From Cycas panzhihuaensis (taxonomy: Eukaryota > Plantae > Cycadophyta), in contig CM041465.1 of NCBI GenBank assembly GCA_023213395.1, positions 195,493,741 to 195,557,740 on the forward strand: a DNA stretch of 64,000 bases, read 5' to 3'. Under the pieces are notes generated by a model that searched no databases, had not been told where the DNA came from, and saw only the letters and a program-made list of their open reading frames with translations. A program made the translations under genes and the position numbers. Shown here one piece after another: positions 62,321 to 64,000 of this stretch; the first letter of the stretch is position 1, and every line of letters begins with the position of its first letter.

Positions 62321-64000
62321 GAGGTTGCAGGATAAGAAGAGTTAGAAACAAGATCGATTTTGTGGATTTTTGCTCTAGGCCATCCACATCATTGTGGGAT
62401 AAAGGGCATATGGGCTAGTTGTACATGGGCTTGATCTTTCAATGTCAATCTATGAGTTGTGTGCTCCTCTTATGGAATATTGAAGTTGTTTTATTGTTGT
62501 TTTCCACATGCACTCTAGTGGAAGTGAATTCTAAGGGAAGTTGATCTTGAATAGCTTCAAGGCATTGTCCATTATCATCAAACCAAAGCTTGACTAGAGA
62601 AGTTTTCCATCCAATTGTTTTGAGGATCCTCTACCATTAGTCTCATGCACGTTGCATGATTGCATGTGATGATGCACTCAACATGCTAATTGCCAAAGCT
62701 AAAAGATTTTTGTGAGTGGCCTTGCTTCTTTAGTTATGTAGAGGAAGCATTAAAGTCGAGTGATGGGAACATCTTTAAAGTATTGTCAGTGCATCGCGAT
62801 GTAGGGGTCCTTATAAATGTAGGGCTTGATAGATTGGTGTTTGCACAAATAGTTTGCAATGAAGTTTCATTGCTTGTAGAGCCAAAATGTGATATCTCAG
62901 AAAATTCCAATGTTTGTAGTAGTAGATTATAGTGTGATCCTCTTATGAATCATAAAGGATAAGGTTTAAAAACATTGACATCCCCAACACGATGATGATG
63001 CTCTATAATTGTTTCATATAATGCAAAATGGTATGCATTTGGTAAAATGTACCAATATGCTTATTGTCTTTATTACTTTAACATAACGCAACCAAAACTT
63101 CTTACTTGTAATAAGACAATAATTGATTCACTCAGACATCATGTAGAAACTAATAGCATGCATAAACTTAAATATTAAATATCAATTGTCTATGCATAGA
63201 GAAGATAGAAGGCCTGTGAAAAGAATGCTCAAGGGCTTCATTCTCTTAGTCTTTTGTCTTTTAACATCAGTTCATCCATATGGAAATTAGGGACAAAGCC
63301 TTCACTACAATGCACAATCCTAGCTAATTAAATTGTCTAAAGATATATGGAGCATTGCCTCAGTACTGAAGTGTTATAAAGCTACTCAAAAAATTGACTT
63401 CACAAAATGGATTTCTTCAAGTGCAATCCTTTTTGGTTGTTTCAAAATGTTGGTTAAGAACTCTCAAGTTCATCTTGGACAAGTTCACTATATATCACAT
63501 TAAGGCATTGCCAACTTGGCATTGAATTCCATACTATTACATAACTGTTTTAGCTCCTAATGGACATTTACCAAAATCATAAAAATAAATTATTAGAGAT
63601 ACAAGGTAATGAGAGATAAGGACAACACAATACTAGGCCAATCATCTTTGCCCAACTACCAAGGGGAGGCAAACTACTATCCTATCTGTGCTCCATTGTA
63701 GACTATGATACAATGGTAGGATATGAGTGCATAAGGAATTTTTGAGTGTGTTGTGTATGTTATATGACTTGTATTCAAGGGTTGGTTTATGCTAGGAAGT
63801 TATAATGTCTTCTACCTTACTTTTGTGTGGAACAGAACAATAAAATTTTGATGATGCTTTATGTGTGTGTAAGAATAAGTTAGAGTGCCCTCACAAGTTA
63901 CATAGACTAAGTTAACCTTCAAGCATTTTACGATGCACTCTTTTTTGTTTGATAAGTTTCCAAATGAAAAAAAAAAAAAGTAGCATCTATGTTGTTTTCC

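Noticed and set aside
1-64000. Intact protein-coding host genes, tRNA or rRNA genes
   Set aside because: None recognised. All identifiable coding sequence is transposon-derived and interrupted, and PBS motifs are only short tRNA complements.

Overview
Eukaryotic, land-plant-type heterochromatic DNA made almost entirely of nested, decayed retrotransposons. I found no intact host gene, RNA gene or CRISPR array. Nest 1: a + strand Copia (about 4190-4612 plus 30937-32738) is split by a - strand Copia (4613-30936, 212-bp LTRs, TSD gcaat/ggaat). That Copia carries a 21-kb, GC-richer tandem Tat/Ogre-like Gypsy insertion (LTR-internal-LTR-internal, 9438-~30537). Nest 2: a - strand L1-type LINE (about 37740-38946 plus 59902-62320) is split by chromovirus B (about 38947-59900). 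B is split by chromovirus A (39849-54619), which is split by a - strand Copia (45545-50779, perfect TSD tttaa). Also present: a 2.6-kb non-coding LTR element (35034-37671), the 3' end of another Gypsy (1-1142), and an old ~3-kb duplication (1143-4189 ~ 53350-56415). The most unusual object is the Tat-like element. It keeps Gag and protease but terminates just inside RT at the same point in both copies, with no RT core, canonical RNase H or integrase. Instead it carries an antisense, intron-containing Plant Mobile Domain gene, a free-standing archaeal-type RNase H ORF oriented divergently from it, and possibly a further antisense coding unit inside its ~2.8-kb LTR. All alignments, translations and identity estimates were done by eye; boundaries marked approximate may be off by tens of bp.
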